From Mytilus edulis (taxonomy: Eukaryota): a DNA stretch of 64,000 nucleotides. The DNA lies in the NCBI RefSeq assembly GCF_963676685.1, contig NC_092345.1:89652001-89716000 (forward strand), read 5' to 3'. The notes below the pieces were generated by a model. It was not told the DNA's origin. It did not search any database and saw only the letters and a list, made by a program, of their open reading frames with translations. How positions within the stretch are numbered: position 1 is the first letter of the stretch; the number at the start of each line of letters is the position of its first letter. A program made the position numbers and the translations under genes. Positions 1 to 13,111 of the stretch are shown here, piece after piece.

Positions 1-2
1 TT

Positions 3-47
3 AAAACTGACGAGGAAAGGTAACATACGGCCAGCGAAAGCTCTTTT
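3..47 (+). ncRNA. Putative minimal type I hammerhead ribozyme just upstream of a tRNA-like SINE head
   Basis: CTGACGA at 7-13, GAAA at 36-39, palindromic AGCT helix III then C (CUC site at 41-43), AAAA/TTTT as short helix I; helix II irregular. Confidence 0.45.
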
Positions 48-52
48 TAGAG

Positions 53-241
53 AGCCCAGGTGGTCGTGTGGTCTAGCGGGACGGCTGCAGTGCAGGCGAT
101 TTGGTGTCACGATATCACAGTAGCATGGGTTCGAATCCCGGCGAGGGAAGAACCAAAAATTTGCGAAAGCAAATTTACAGATCTAACATTGTTGGGTTGA
201 TGTTTAGACGAGTTGTATATATATATATATATATATATATA
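53..241 (+). mobile_element. tRNA-derived SINE with (TA)n tail
   Basis: A-box TGGTCGTGTGG 61-71, B-box GGTTCGAATCC 128-138, (TA)n 215-241; degenerate copies near 19086-19250 (+) and 50394-50557 (-). Confidence 0.75.
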
Positions 242-332
242 TTACCAAAGAATGGTGGTGAACTTTTCATCTTTGTTGATAAACACCCAAATTGAACCAT
301 TCATATTAACATTCTTAGAATGGCACGTACTA

Positions 333-1030
333 AGAATTGGTTAATTACAGTGAAGGTCGTATAACAAGAATTGGTTCAATCGATGAAGGTCATATGACAC
401 GTATTGGTACGTTACAGTGAATGGTCACAAAATAAATGATGGTTCATTACAAGGAAGGACACATAATGAGTATAAGTTAATTACAGTGAAGGTCACACAG
501 TAATTATAAGATTATTACAGTGAGGGATATAATAAGTATTGGTTCTATAGGTAAAGGTCACATAATAAGTTTTGGTTCATTATAGCGAAGGTCACATAAT
601 AATTGATGATTCATTACAGTGAAGGTCACATAACGAGTATATATTCATTAAGGTGAAGGTCGCATATTGAGTATAGGTTCTTTTAAGTGAAGGTCGCATA
701 ATGAGATGTTTATTAAGGTGAAGGTCGCATTATAAGTATTGGTCCATTACAGTGAAAGACATAATAAGTATTGCTTCAATCGATGAAGGTTACATAAAAA
801 GTTTTGGTTCATTACAATGAATGTCACAAAATAAATCATGGTTCATTAAAGTGAAGGTAACATTACAGATATTAGTTCATTAAGGTGAAGGTCACATCAT
901 ATCATTGGTTCATTACAGTGAATGTCACAAAATAAATGATGGTTCATTACATTTAAAATCACATAATAAGTATTGGTTCAATTGATGGAGGTCACATAAT
1001 AATTTTTGGTTCATTATAATGAAGTTCACA
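333..1030. repeat. Degenerate ~34-bp minisatellite, about 20 units
   Basis: Recurrent unit close to TATTGGTTCATTACAGTGAAGGTCACATAATAAG. Confidence 0.9.
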
Positions 1031-1227
1031 GTCTTAATATTGCCTCTTCATAGTTTAAAACACTGGCTTAGTATTGTATGTTTAAAGAGTACTGAAAAGT
1101 ATTAGTTTAAACAGGTCGTCACCACTTAATTTCTGACGTCTGAATACATTTGCATACAAATTTCCTTAAACACAAAATATACAAATATGCCAATGCGAAA
1201 TTGGCAATCGATCAAATGAACCATAAT

Positions 1228-1523
1228 GAGGGGGAGGACAGGGGTAAGGGAGACAGGGAGAAAGGGGGTAGGAGAAAGGAGAAAGGTGGTGGGAGAAAGG
1301 AGATAGGGAGTAGGAGAAAGGAGAGGAAGGCTGGGAGAAAGGAGAAAAAGTTGGAGAAAGGAGAAAAAATAAAATATCTCTCCTTTTAAAAAATGATCTA
1401 ATATTTCAAGAAAAAATATCTCAAAAGGAGATGTTTTATTCTAATGGGAGAAAGGAGAACGGGGATAGGAGAAAGGAGAAGAGGGTGGGAGAATGGAGAA
1501 GGGTACCCCCTGTCCTCCCCCTC
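1228..1523. mobile_element. Non-autonomous TIR element (MITE) with purine-rich interior
   Basis: TIR GAGGGGGAGGACAGGGG / CCCCTGTCCTCCCCCTC; 6-bp TSD CATAAT at 1222-1227 and 1524-1529; internal GGAGAAAGG repeats. Confidence 0.85.
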
Positions 1524-2928
1524 CATAATGCATTGTAAGATTAGTTAGCTATCACTAAAGAACACATACAATTTGGTTAAGGAGTGAAATTTTAAATTGT
1601 TTCTTGAAATCGGATGATTATTTTATCTGCAGTCATACACGTTTAAATTCATATAGCATAATCCTCAATTTGCAAGTTCTGCTTTGAAAAAAGGAATTTT
1701 ACCGGCTTCAGCATTCGACTATTTTCCCCGTCTTTTCAAAGTAACAAGACGGAGGGTTTGTTTTCTATTGTTATGTACGCTATCTGTGCTTTCACTTGAA
1801 ATTAGTAATCACGTGTCCATTTTATTGTAAAACTCCTTTGAGGTAAATTATGTAATTGGTTACAAGATGTTATTTGCACAAGGAATATTCGTATTGTGTA
1901 TGCTTCTATTTGTTTTTCAAAAAAACAATTCCTTTTAACTTTAATTCGCAGCTACCATGGCACAATGATCTTACAATATATCAAACATTACAGGCTGCAC
2001 AGCAACATGAGATAAACGAAATATCCAGAATTTATCCGCACTGGTTTCGTTGACTTTTTTATTTGACCTACTACATGTATTTGATAATTTCGTTAATATT
2101 GGTTTAAGATAACCATTTTAACAATTTGTTATAATATCAATAGGCTATGATACCTCACTTTATTCTGCCTTCTAGTTTTGTTTTTGGTATGTAGTTGGGT
2201 TGCTGTAAAATTGACATATACGTCACACTTCCTGTAATTTCAAGTTTGAAAAATGTTTGATGACACCATACTATACTCTTATTATATATGACTTTATATA
2301 TTATATCATATAACAAAAGTTAAGAGAAAAAGGGGACATAGAGTATAAGTTCATGACACAAAAGCACTTCACGCAAAGCAAAACAAAACAAATAGAAAAG
2401 ACTGTGATATCATTCAGGATTGACGAATGAAGTTAAGTTTATATAATAAATTAATTAAACAGTACTATCAGTATTTGCCTAAAAGCAATGATAGTGCAAT
2501 GTTCAGTTCATGTGGTAACATTAATAAAATATACTGATCATAATGAGGGTGTGTATCATTTGACTTTCAAGATTGTTTTGGACAAATTACCCTTTATTGC
2601 GTTTTATTGACCATTACAATGACAGAAATAAGTTAAATATCGTGAAATCTATTCTATATCAAATAAAAAGAAATGTGAGGTATATTTTACGAATATAAAA
2701 TACTCGCTTTCCTTATATTACAAGATAATTGAAAAGTCCAGGAGCCTCAGAAGTACATCTATACCCGACTTTGAAAGTAAATATACTGTGGAAAGAGTTG
2801 AATCCCGTTAAATTATAGTGAATGTTTACTGTCCACATAAATACATGCATTATCACTGTCAATTCTTTACTCAGTATTTATCTCTGTATCGTTTACTACC
2901 AATTATGTATCCTTGATGTTTGGAAAAC

Positions 2929-3290
2929 AAAAGTAAAATCACGAAAATACTAAACTCATAGGAAAATCAAATTGGAAAGTCTCTAATCACATGGCAAAAT
3001 CAAATGACAAAACACATCAAAAACGAATAAACAACAACTGTCATATTCCTGACTTGGTACATGCATTTTCAAATGTAGAAAATGGTGGATTAAACCTGGT
3101 TTTATAGCACTAAGCTTCTCACTTTGTACGACAGTCTCATTAAATTGGAATAAATTGTTGATACATATTTCATTTACAGGTAATATTCATCCGTTGATGT
3201 GTTTGAGCTTTTGATTGTGCCATTTGATCTATAAGGTCTTACCGTTTTGAATATCCCTCGGAGTTCAGTATTTGTGTTATTTTACTTTTT
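2929..3290. repeat. Two oppositely oriented fragments of a dispersed repeat
   Basis: 2929-3060 (AAAAGTAAAATCAC...GGCAAAATCAAA...CACATCAA) is the diverged reverse complement of 3185-3290; related pieces near 32715-32800 and 35786-35950. Confidence 0.7.
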
Positions 3291-3560
3291 GTCAAATTTG
3301 AAAAAAGAAATCAAATTTTTTCACATTTTCCTTATGTACTATTTGTTTGTCTTAGTCCCCAACAGCGCAACCGCAACCACGTTAACTTTTGGACAATTTA
3401 ACTATTCTACTGCCTATTTTCGTTCTTACGTAAGCGTATCAGCACCATACACACTTGTTTTTTTAGTTTCTTTCTATGTGTTTTCTAATTTTATATTCAA
3501 GTGTCAAGGGAAGCAGCTGTTATGAATGGAGGAGACTGCTCTTATTGCAGAGTCAAAAGA

Positions 3561-3815
3561 TTTTGATTGATTGACTTTTTGGTGTTGTTATGCCTCTTTT
3601 AAGCACCACTTTTGGGCTATTTAGTAGCGGCCAGTTTTTTTATTGGTGGAGGAAGCAGGAGCGCTCGGAGAAAACCACCGACCTTCGATAGGAAAACTGA
3701 CAATCCTAGTCATTTAAACTGGAGTCGAGTGGACCCGTACGAGCGGGGTTCGAAGTCATAACATCAGTGTTGACTGGCTTGTGATTACTTTGACCACTCT
3801 GCCACCGAGGCCTCT
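3561..3815 (-). mobile_element. tRNA-derived SINE with V/Meta-type central motif
   Basis: Minus strand has a tRNA-like head (GGCCTCGGTGGCAGAGTGGTC...TTCGAACCCC), motif GGTTTTCTCCGAGCGCTCCTGCTTCCTCCACC and a (CAAT)n tail; 11-bp TSD GAGTCAAAAGA at 3550-3560 and 3816-3826. Confidence 0.85.
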
Positions 3816-5178
3816 GAGTCAAAAGAAGTTTGGAGCAAATATCATAACATAATATTGAGCAGGAGAATATATCAAAGAAAATTGAGTAAATTGAAGTTTA
3901 CGCAGAAGAAGTAAGATAAAATCGATCGTTTCAATGTAGTCATTTTAATCATATTTCCAAAGTAAGCACTCGTATGAGCATGTTGTGAAATTGGTTATAT
4001 CGCATCAAGCTCCCCTATTGAAAGAAATATGTAAGATAAAGTGTTTTTATTATAATACGCTACATTCAAAATTCTGTACTTAGGCACTTTCTATTAATCA
4101 CAATTTTCAAAGTTTGGACTTTCAATTGAATTTTGCCCAGACTACCTACATTTTCGTGTTTTAGTCAAAAAGTTTGCGTTTTTTCGGAAGGTTTTGTATT
4201 TTCTTATTTTACAAACTTTTGGGTTGTTTCGTATTGGTTTCCCTTTATTTCGATAGACACATTTTAGCAGTATCTAACCTTCGACGCATTTAATCTTGAT
4301 TCGTTACAAGGCACTTTCAAACCGTCTTTTCTCATTCCAGACTGTCTGTATTTTCGGTACTAGGGTGGTTTATAAGAGACATACCTTCTTACTTAAGAAG
4401 GTAAACGAGAAAAGATACAAGGGATGCAAACGTTAATGGTAGGTAAAATTTACCAGGTTGAACAGTAAGACTCTACAAACCACTATTTGACTGATACTAA
4501 TTTTAAATTATCATTGTCTTAAATTATCTTACCCAACAAGATCTTATTCAAAAGCCTATTTCACTCCCATTTATAATTTTTAGTGTGATGTCAAAATATT
4601 TATGTTATGTATTTGTGAGTTTAACAAAAATATAAAAAAACTATCTTCTCAAGGTTGTTGCAGAAAAAAGATCCATAAAATAGATGTGTAATTATTAAAA
4701 GAATTGTCAAGTATGAAGCTTTAATTTAAATCGTCATATGAATACTTCTTTTGTAAAATAAATATCAGAAAATAGAGAGTATCAAAATATAAAAACAAAT
4801 GACCATGCGCACCTTAAGTATTAAAATTTATATCATTAACTACAACTACTAAAGCTTTCACGTTATTTACTGGTTAAATCTATTATCGAACAAACCAAAT
4901 ATCACCCAAGTTAAGAACATTGTCTGATTATTAACGCTGAGTTATGTGACATGGTATGATATTTTTCGTGGCAATGTTAGTGTTGGAAATCCCATCAGTA
5001 TGTAAATGTTACGCTAAGATTGTCTGCAGAAGACTTGTTATTCTTTAAATCTGTCATATTTGAGCTTTTTTATTATCTCGCACCAATACCTTTTCAAGCA
5101 GTTTGTCGATACAACGCACAATTATTGTTAATATGAACTTTTTTTTCATAGATAGGGGTCGAAGTAAACAGTTGTTTA

Positions 5179-6593
5179 TGCCCGCGTCACACTGTCCCGA
5201 TTTTTACGCCGATGAAAACACGATTATGTAAATTTTCAAAATCGGGACTGATCGTATCCAGATCGGGCTATTCGTAGTGCCATCTTTAACCATCGTAGAA
5301 CCATCGGCCACTTTTTCTAGCCTTCGGGGACAACTTCGGGAAGGGTTCTAAATTTTTTAACATGTTAAAAAATCCCCGAAGGTGCGTCCGATGTTGAGGG
5401 TTCGTATTGAGTTCGTATCACCATCCTCACCATCGTAATGTCACCGCGAATGCATCTTTGAACATCGTATTGCATTCGTGTTTCCATCGTTTCCATCGGG
5501 CAGTTTTGACATTACGATGTCTACACGAATGAACCACGAAGCTACCCGAAGGTCTTGCGATGGCAATACGACTTCGTGAAGACCTCGTTATCCCGTCGTG
5601 TTGCCATCGAATAAAAGTACGAAGGCGACAAGATGAAACTACGATGGCAATAAATCCAGCTAAATGTAAGTTAATTTTCGCGCTAAAATACATTTAAAGT
5701 GCCATTCGCGATATGCACTGGTCAGTCTAATACGACAGTTAAGAAAGACGTTCACAAAACATGGAGCTCATATCATATAATTCTATGAGAACAAGAAAGG
5801 CGACAGCGTTGTTTCTATTAATTCAAATGGAACAAGAAGAGCAGCAATTACAGGCTCAGGATTTACTTTTACAAATTAAATATTATTTTTTGTCAATTTT
5901 TCATATCAAGTTACATAATGAAAACACTGCAGGTACACGTATATAGGGAAACCACATTTTTCTTCATTATTCTGATTTTTTATGTATCGTCTAAGTTGTT
6001 GCCACACGAATGTTTACTCCATAACCATTTTGTTTTCTATATGTCATATTTTGCCGCATTTGTTGCTTTCCCCACATCCTTCCTTTTGTCTCTATTTGAA
6101 TGCAGAGACTCAGAGTCAAATTTTACCCTTCAAGCCCACGGTCTTCCGTCTTATGATTAAACCAGAAATTAAATGTACAATATAATATATATTCAATATT
6201 GATCAAACAATTTAAAACGCATGATGTCTTCGGCATATAATTTAAATGCATCGTAAGCTGTATACGACGTCTTTTAGACATCGTATGGCCATCGCGCAAT
6301 CATTGTAATCCATCGTGTTGCCATCGTAATCCATCGTGTAGCCTTCGTGATCCATCGTGTAGGCTTCGGCTGAGATATGAAGCTTAAATACCCGTCTTCG
6401 GTTAACCTTCGTATGTCCATCTTTTGCTATCGTATATAATTTCGGCACCATCGTATAGGCTTCGTTATTCGTTGTACTTGCTTCGGTCACTTTTTGGTAT
6501 TTTAACGAGATCGGGACCAACTTCGTACGAACTTACAATTTTCGCATTCGGGTGTCCATCGTATATAAAAATCGGGACAGTGTGACGCGGGCA
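5179..6593. mobile_element. Non-autonomous PIF/Harbinger-type DNA transposon
   Basis: 28-bp TIR TGCCCGCGTCACACTGTCCCGATTTTTA; TTA TSD on both sides; many subterminal CATCG/TTCGT motifs; short ORF remnant at 5761. Confidence 0.85.
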
Positions 6594-7591
6594 TTAAAGT
6601 AAACATGACTTATTATTAAATAATAGATCAACGTTGCTAGAATAATCAAGTTGATAATCATTGTGCCATGTGATTCCTCACAAATCAATTGACTATCATA
6701 ATTATTTATAGATTATGTTTTTGCGTAAATAACATTGTTGTTTATATCAAATGGTCATGTTATTGACAAAAAAATAGAAAATATGTATGCTTACATGAAG
6801 TTTACGCCTACAATAAAAGTCTCTAATGAAACTCCCTCGCTTCTTTCTCATTGTTGTATACGACTGAGTGTGTGCGTTGTTGGGGACTGGGACTTGGTTC
6901 ATGTACATTTAAAAGTTAAATATGTGTTCTTTATAGCTACATATTTTACCGTCAGTTGCTTTTGTTTTCCATAATAATGGTTCAGAGACAACAGTTGGAT
7001 CGTCTCTTTTGTCTGTGGTCTGAATATCAATGTCGCCGTAAGAAATCATTATGAGAGGTCACGATTAGAATAAAAACATTGATTTAAATATACACTCAAA
7101 TGTGTTTGTAGTGAAAGCTCTGAATAATGTCGTATTTATATAAACGATATGCCTCGTGATTTTTGAATTTTAAATTTTTTTAAATTTTTGCTTTGTATGT
7201 ATACATCTGGTTTGTATATTGATACAAAAATCTCAAATGCGACTGTTAGCGAGATGTTTCTGTTTTACATAAAGATGCGTGAAGTATTAAAAGGTCTAAA
7301 ACAATCTTATCATACAAGATAAAACATAACATTGATATCTGACAGATTTGACAGCTAAATGAAGTTTCTTGATAGTTTGATAACACTTATAACATTTATA
7401 TTTTTTCTAGCGGAAATCACTTTCCATAAAAATCAATCTGTATTCTTCATCGTAGTCGTTGTTGTTTATGCGTTATAATATCAAACCACATACATAATGC
7501 GAGCACCGTTTGATGTCAGGTATATAATAAGCGGCCATACACGCACAGATAGTAGGCGATATCCAGTGGCAATGAGCTAACTACTTATTAA

Positions 7592-8027
7592 ACATACATA
7601 TTAAATACAGACACTCACATACGCTTTCAATACAGACACACGCTTTCAATACAGACACTTACATACGCTTTCAATACAGTTTTTGTTCATACATAAATAC
7701 AGACACTCACATACGCTTTCAATACAGTTTTTGTTCATACATAAATACAGACACTCACATACGCTTTCAATACAGTTTTTGTTCATACATAAATATAGAC
7801 ACTCACATACGCTTTCAATACAGACACTCACATACGCTTTCAATACAGTTTTTGTTCATACATAAATACAGACACTCACATACGCTTTCAATACAGACAC
7901 TCACATACGCTTTCAATACAGTTTTTGTTCATACATAAATACAGAAACTCACATACGCTTTCAATACAGTTTTTGTTCATACATAAATACAGACACTCAC
8001 ATACGCTTTCAAATTCAGTTTTTGTTC
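7592..8027. repeat. 48-bp minisatellite with 25-bp sub-units
   Basis: Near-identical units CAATACAGTTTTTGTTCATACATAAATACAGACACTCACATACGCTTT. Confidence 0.95.
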
Positions 8028-8569
8028 TCCCCGTCTTGTTTATTTTCTTACAAAACAGAGGAGATGTGATTACCAATTAAAACACTATTCGAAACCCACA
8101 TGGCAACGATGGGAACAGAAACAGATCATCAAACAGTCGTGAACAATGATCAAAACTGTATCATATATAATAAAGGTACCAATTATGAATAAAGTGGAAG
8201 GGGGCCAAAAGAGAAAACCTTATCCTGATAAATAATACTACAACAAAAAATAAATATGCCTGATACCAACCACTACACTACAGCATCATGACACGAGACA
8301 GGCAATTTAAGTATGTGACGGGGTTTAGCTATTTTATTTCTACATATTATGTACGGGAAAGGTACTGAAAGAAAATTCAAACATGACGAAAATAATTTGG
8401 TGCACAAAAAAATATATACCGCTTTCGACGTATATATAAGTGTTGCAGAAATACATGTAAGTAATGAGTTCCTCTACGCATGGTTCTTAAGAGATAAGGT
8501 AAGAAGAACAGTCATAGAAATTGAAAACGCTTGGGTATTTTTTTTAAGACATTAGGTTTAAAAATGTAT

Positions 8570-8853
8570 AAGCTCATCAAAGATGTCAGGATTGCATTTT
8601 TGTATCTGCGCTGGACGCGTGTTTCGTCTAAAAAAGACTCATCAGTTAGGCTCGAATAAAAAAAAAGTGAAAAAAGGCCAAATATAGTACAAAGTTGAAG
8701 AGCATATGTCATAAGGCCAACAATTCCTTAAAGTTTTTACAGCCAAGGTTATCTATTCTTGAGCGAGAAAGCCTTGGTATTTCCAAAATTCAAAGTTTTG
8801 TAAACAGTTAATGTATTATTGCGACCACATAAATGATAACTCATGTCAACACA
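8570..8853 (-). mobile_element. Retrozyme-like repeat monomer with hammerhead core (helix I degenerate)
   Basis: Minus strand CTGATGAGTCT...AGACGAAACACGCGTC at ~8609-8654; homologous to 49494-49770 and 33225-33405. Confidence 0.75.
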
Positions 8854-9250
8854 TGGCGTAAATTGTCCTTGCTAATTGAAAACTGAACTCAAGGGATAGA
8901 CATTAACAGGATAAATCTTTCGAAACTTAAACATTTAAAAAGATGGAATGTTTTTGCACATGAGGGTTTCGAACGCACCTTTCGGATAAGCAAGGACGTT
9001 AATTTCAACAGGAAAACAAATCTCCAATATATGTAGGATTTCAAGGATTTCCAGGATCCGTATTCATGTTTTGGCTGCAGAGCTTACTAGTATAAAGTAC
9101 AAATGTAAGTGGTGTTTCTATGTTGCAAACTGTGATGTCCCCGTTTCACAAAGACACATAAAGCCGATTGTTTATTACTGTAACATCGACCTAGATATTG
9201 ACCTCTAGAATTATTATTAATATGGATAAATTAGTAATTTACCTGTTTAT

Positions 9251-10195
9251 TTGATGAAGTCTATAGAAAATGCATGTAGTATATTTGACAATATAACATT
9301 CACAATACACGGGGATAAAAGTAAAGCACGAATATCAATAATGTTCGGACAAAGTGATAATAAACAAAGAAAACGAAAATCAAAATCTACGGAACACCGA
9401 AATAACAAAAGAATGGCTGAATATATTCAAAAAGTTGCAAAAGTAGATGCATGTCCAGATAGAAATAAAAGTATTTTACAAGAAACTTTCAATATCGATG
9501 ATGATCGATTAAAGGAAAATGAAACCGCAAATCTACAGAGCGCAGAAACAAACACTATAGTAGGGAATGGTGAGCTTAAATTACAGGAAAATAATGCACT
9601 TTTTTCAAACATACATTCCGAAAAAGTGGAATTGGAAGATTTAAACAATGTTACAAAACAACCAGAAATTAGTGAACATCAATTATTCGAAACTATGAAA
9701 ACAGATGAAAGCGATACTACAATATCAACTCGAAATGAAAATCCAGAGCAGTCAGANNNNNNNNNNNNNNNNNNNNNNNNNNNNNNNNNNNNNNNNNNNN
9801 NNNNNNNNNNNNNNNNNNNNNNNNNNNNNNNNNNNNNNNNNNNNNNNNNNNNNNNNNNNNNNNNNNNNNNNNNNNNNNNNNNNNNNNNNNATATAACGGC
9901 TTTTGAAATCGACGATATTATTTCAAAAGCGGTGATAAAGAAAAGTAGACTGTTCTCTGATAAATTCATCGCGAAACTGAAAGGAACCGGGAACATTATA
10001 AAATATGATCGTGGATCTGATGAAGTAGAACAAGTGAATCCAAATGAAGTTGATTATCAAATATATAAGAAAAATGTAGAACATGACTTTGTGGACGTAA
10101 GAACTTATGGATTTCGTCCGGATGATACTAACGATAAACTTTTGTTGATGGCTAAATTTACTTTTGACAAAAAACTGTTCGTTTATATGAAATGA
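9251..10195 (+). CDS. Intronless ORF of unknown function, probably from a mobile element; spans an assembly gap
   Basis: 314 codons, open on both sides of the N gap; basic patch KQRKRKSKS; out-of-frame ATG at 9222 suggests a frameshifted start; A-rich tract at 10626-10659. Confidence 0.45.
   Translation: MMKSIENACSIFDNITFTIHGDKSKARISIMFGQSDNKQRKRKSKSTEHRNNKRMAEYIQKVAKVDACPDRNKSILQETFNIDDDRLKENETANLQSAETNTIVGNGELKLQENNALFSNIHSEKVELEDLNNVTKQPEISEHQLFETMKTDESDTTISTRNENPEQSXXXXXXXXXXXXXXXXXXXXXXXXXXXXXXXXXXXXXXXXXXXXXXITAFEIDDIISKAVIKKSRLFSDKFIAKLKGTGNIIKYDRGSDEVEQVNPNEVDYQIYKKNVEHDFVDVRTYGFRPDDTNDKLLLMAKFTFDKKLFVYMK
9757..9890. other. Assembly gap
   Basis: Run of N. Confidence 1.
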
Positions 10196-12531
10196 TTGAT
10201 GTTTATATTAGATAAATTTTAAATTTTGAATATTGATTTCCCTGATTTCGACATGTTCGAATAACTTTCTTTTTCTGTAATATTTCAACTAACAAGTCTC
10301 TTAGTAAACAGCTTACAATGTCAAAATAAAGTTGATATGTGACGGAATTGGAAAACCATCTGCATATATTCAATATTTGTTTTCATGCTATTTGTGACTG
10401 AGAGCAATGTTGTGAAATATAAATACGATTGATTGTTGTTGCTTTTAGATAGTTTTTATTAAATTTCTTTAAATTTAAAGATTAGAAAAGAAAAAAAATC
10501 GTAATGCTAATGATGTAATGGGTGAGAGTATGCATGTGTGTACTGTTGTATGAACTATCTTCATAATATTGAAAATATGATATACATAACGAGTGTATAG
10601 TATGTATAGATATGTAGTATGATGAATAAAAAAAAAACAATAATAAAAAAAAAAAAAAATGAATATCATTACACTGCTTGTGTCGTAAGATTTTATTGTT
10701 AAAAAAAAGTCGGAAGATACCAAGAGAAATGAAACTCATAAGTCATAGTTATATTATTTTATTCTGCTTTTTTTTCATTTTTTTTATAACTACATAATGA
10801 TTTTATTTATCAAATATTGCTTGTTACATAAACCATCAAGATTCCCAGCTTCTCTTGACGTACCCTGTTACAATCCACTGACTACCCAGGGAATAATCAG
10901 CTGATTAAATTATTTGACATACATTTTGTTTACGAAACTCTATAATAGCAATAGTTAACAAAATTATTCATTGATCATGTTTCTTTTAATTGAAAGTAAC
11001 ATTGGACTTATTGTCTTATGTCCATTTATATTGGTATCTACTCTCTTGGTGTATTCATTAACAACAAATCTGTAGACGTCTTTGTTTTTTGTTTTCTATT
11101 CAGATACATAGTACGACTTATATGTTGAAAAAACTAATAATTGTAATCAAAATGTTTATTGAGTAATACTTGTTGTCTGTACTTTTGTATCCAAATATCA
11201 TGTGTTGTAATTTTATTGGAAAATCTAAATTACTCTTTTTTTAAGAGGTCGTATATTGTAGCCAAATCTTGTCAAATAAGAATAATTGAAAATATAATGA
11301 GCATAGTCTTCATCTATGTTACAAAAACTACACAAACTGATATTAGTTTTTTTATTATTGAAATAGATGCATTTTGGTTGGTACAATAAACTGTAGTAGT
11401 TTCCATCTGTATATTTTTAATTTATTTTCAGTAAAGTATTTGTAAATAAAGTTATATAACAAACAAATAATTTATTAGAGTTATTATATAATGAAAAAAA
11501 AATGTTTTTGCACATGAAAAAAAGATGATTGATTGTTGGTTGTTTAACATCCAATGCAAATTTAAGTAGATGTGGATTCATTGTGAATTAACAACATCGG
11601 CCCAACAACACCATAAAACTTAGACATGCGACTATAAATAACAGACTAGAGACAATACAGTATTGACTTTTCCAAGATACAATCAAATCACAGTCCCTAC
11701 TTTGACAATCTGGTCAATGTTTTAATACTTCTAATTGAAACATTGTCAAAGAACATGATGGTATCTAATTTGATAGAAAATACTATTAACATTGTGTATT
11801 GAGGACCAAATTAACCACTGAATAGATATGTTGATGGTGATTTATATTCAAGGGATGAAGTCAGCTTGACAATTAATTTTAGGAAGCGTGAACTTGATTG
11901 TATTTGACATTTTATCTGAATTGTTCCATTCAATAGGTTGAATGTACAAATTATAATTACCGTTCAAAAAATTCAACATTATCATTTGCATTTTTATGTT
12001 TAAAATTAGCTTTCTACGCCTTTATAAAGCTTTACACATAAGCAATAGAAAGAGAAAAGTATTCTTAATTGTGTATTTTGAGAAGAAGAAAGTGTTATTC
12101 GGGAATGTAATGTAATTTTATTACAAAAACTGCGAAATATTAAATCTAAATACCGCATTAAACATCTCTCGTTTAATTATTTGCATAACAATTTGGTTGC
12201 TTTGATTTTCCAATATTTGTTTCCTTTGAATTGAAATTGACATATACTCGACAAAACAGTTGCATTGATAACAGATCTTCCCTTACAGTTAAAAGGTATT
12301 CGCAACTAAAATTCGTTTCACATTTAAAATTGTGAGAAAAAGGCTTAATCTACACTTACTATGCTGATGGGTAATGCTTTTATAGCATATAGAGTCAGTA
12401 TTCCTCCCGGTCTCATAGTATGAGAAAATGTATATTTGTGGAAATATAGTCTTCATCCCGAAATAGTGAACCGCAAAAAAATGATAGCAGGTTATACTTT
12501 GAATTGTTTCCATGAAGCTTTTCGCTCGTAA

Positions 12532-13111
12532 AGGAGTAGGTCTGGTAAGGGCCGATTTCAGCCTCAATTTTCAAGATCATCTAACGAAAGATTTTAGACA
12601 CTTTCTAAACACTTAAGTGTCTATTTCAATTGATTCAATTAGTTAACGGGGAAGATTTTAACTTAATAAGTCATTTAAAACGCCCCGATTCAAGCTTAAA
12701 TATGAAAAATCTATCAAATATGCCAAAAATCGTCACTTTTCAGATGGTTTTTGTCAAAAATGAAAGTGGCAGTATCCGTGTTCATCCTCAACCTTTATAT
12801 ATATTATGTATTATCATCAAATACAACTTACATTTCAATATTATGAATGAACACGAATGCGGCCACTTTCGTTTCAGACGGAAACCGTCTAAAATTTAAC
12901 TAAAATGCTACAATTGTGAAGATTTCAGTAATTTAGCATGACTTAATGATGCTAGTACCCGATATATGTGCATTGTTTTGTCAAAAACAGCCCATATTTA
13001 TATAGCAGAAGCATTCTACTTTGCAATAAATATCTAAACAATTACATTTTCACAATTTTCTAAAACTGCTATATTTTGAGGCCAAAAAGGGGTCTTACTG
13101 AACCTACTCCT
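12532..13111. mobile_element. MITE, Kolobok-like ends, copy 1
   Basis: TIR AGGAGTAGGT...ACCTACTCCT with TTAA-like flanks; closely similar copy at 41945-42527. Confidence 0.85.

Noticed and set aside
53-143. Functional tRNA gene
   Set aside because: Has A/B boxes but no convincing acceptor stem, continues into a SINE body and (TA)n tail, and has degenerate dispersed copies
1150-1389. Lys/Arg/Gly-rich protein
   Set aside because: Translation of the purine-rich MITE interior
3528-3911. Plus-strand exon interrupted by the SINE
   Set aside because: Only ~40 open codons after removing the SINE, no partner exons or recognisable domain
7592-8076. Cys-rich repeat proteins from the ORF track
   Set aside because: Artefact of the 48-bp minisatellite, open on both strands
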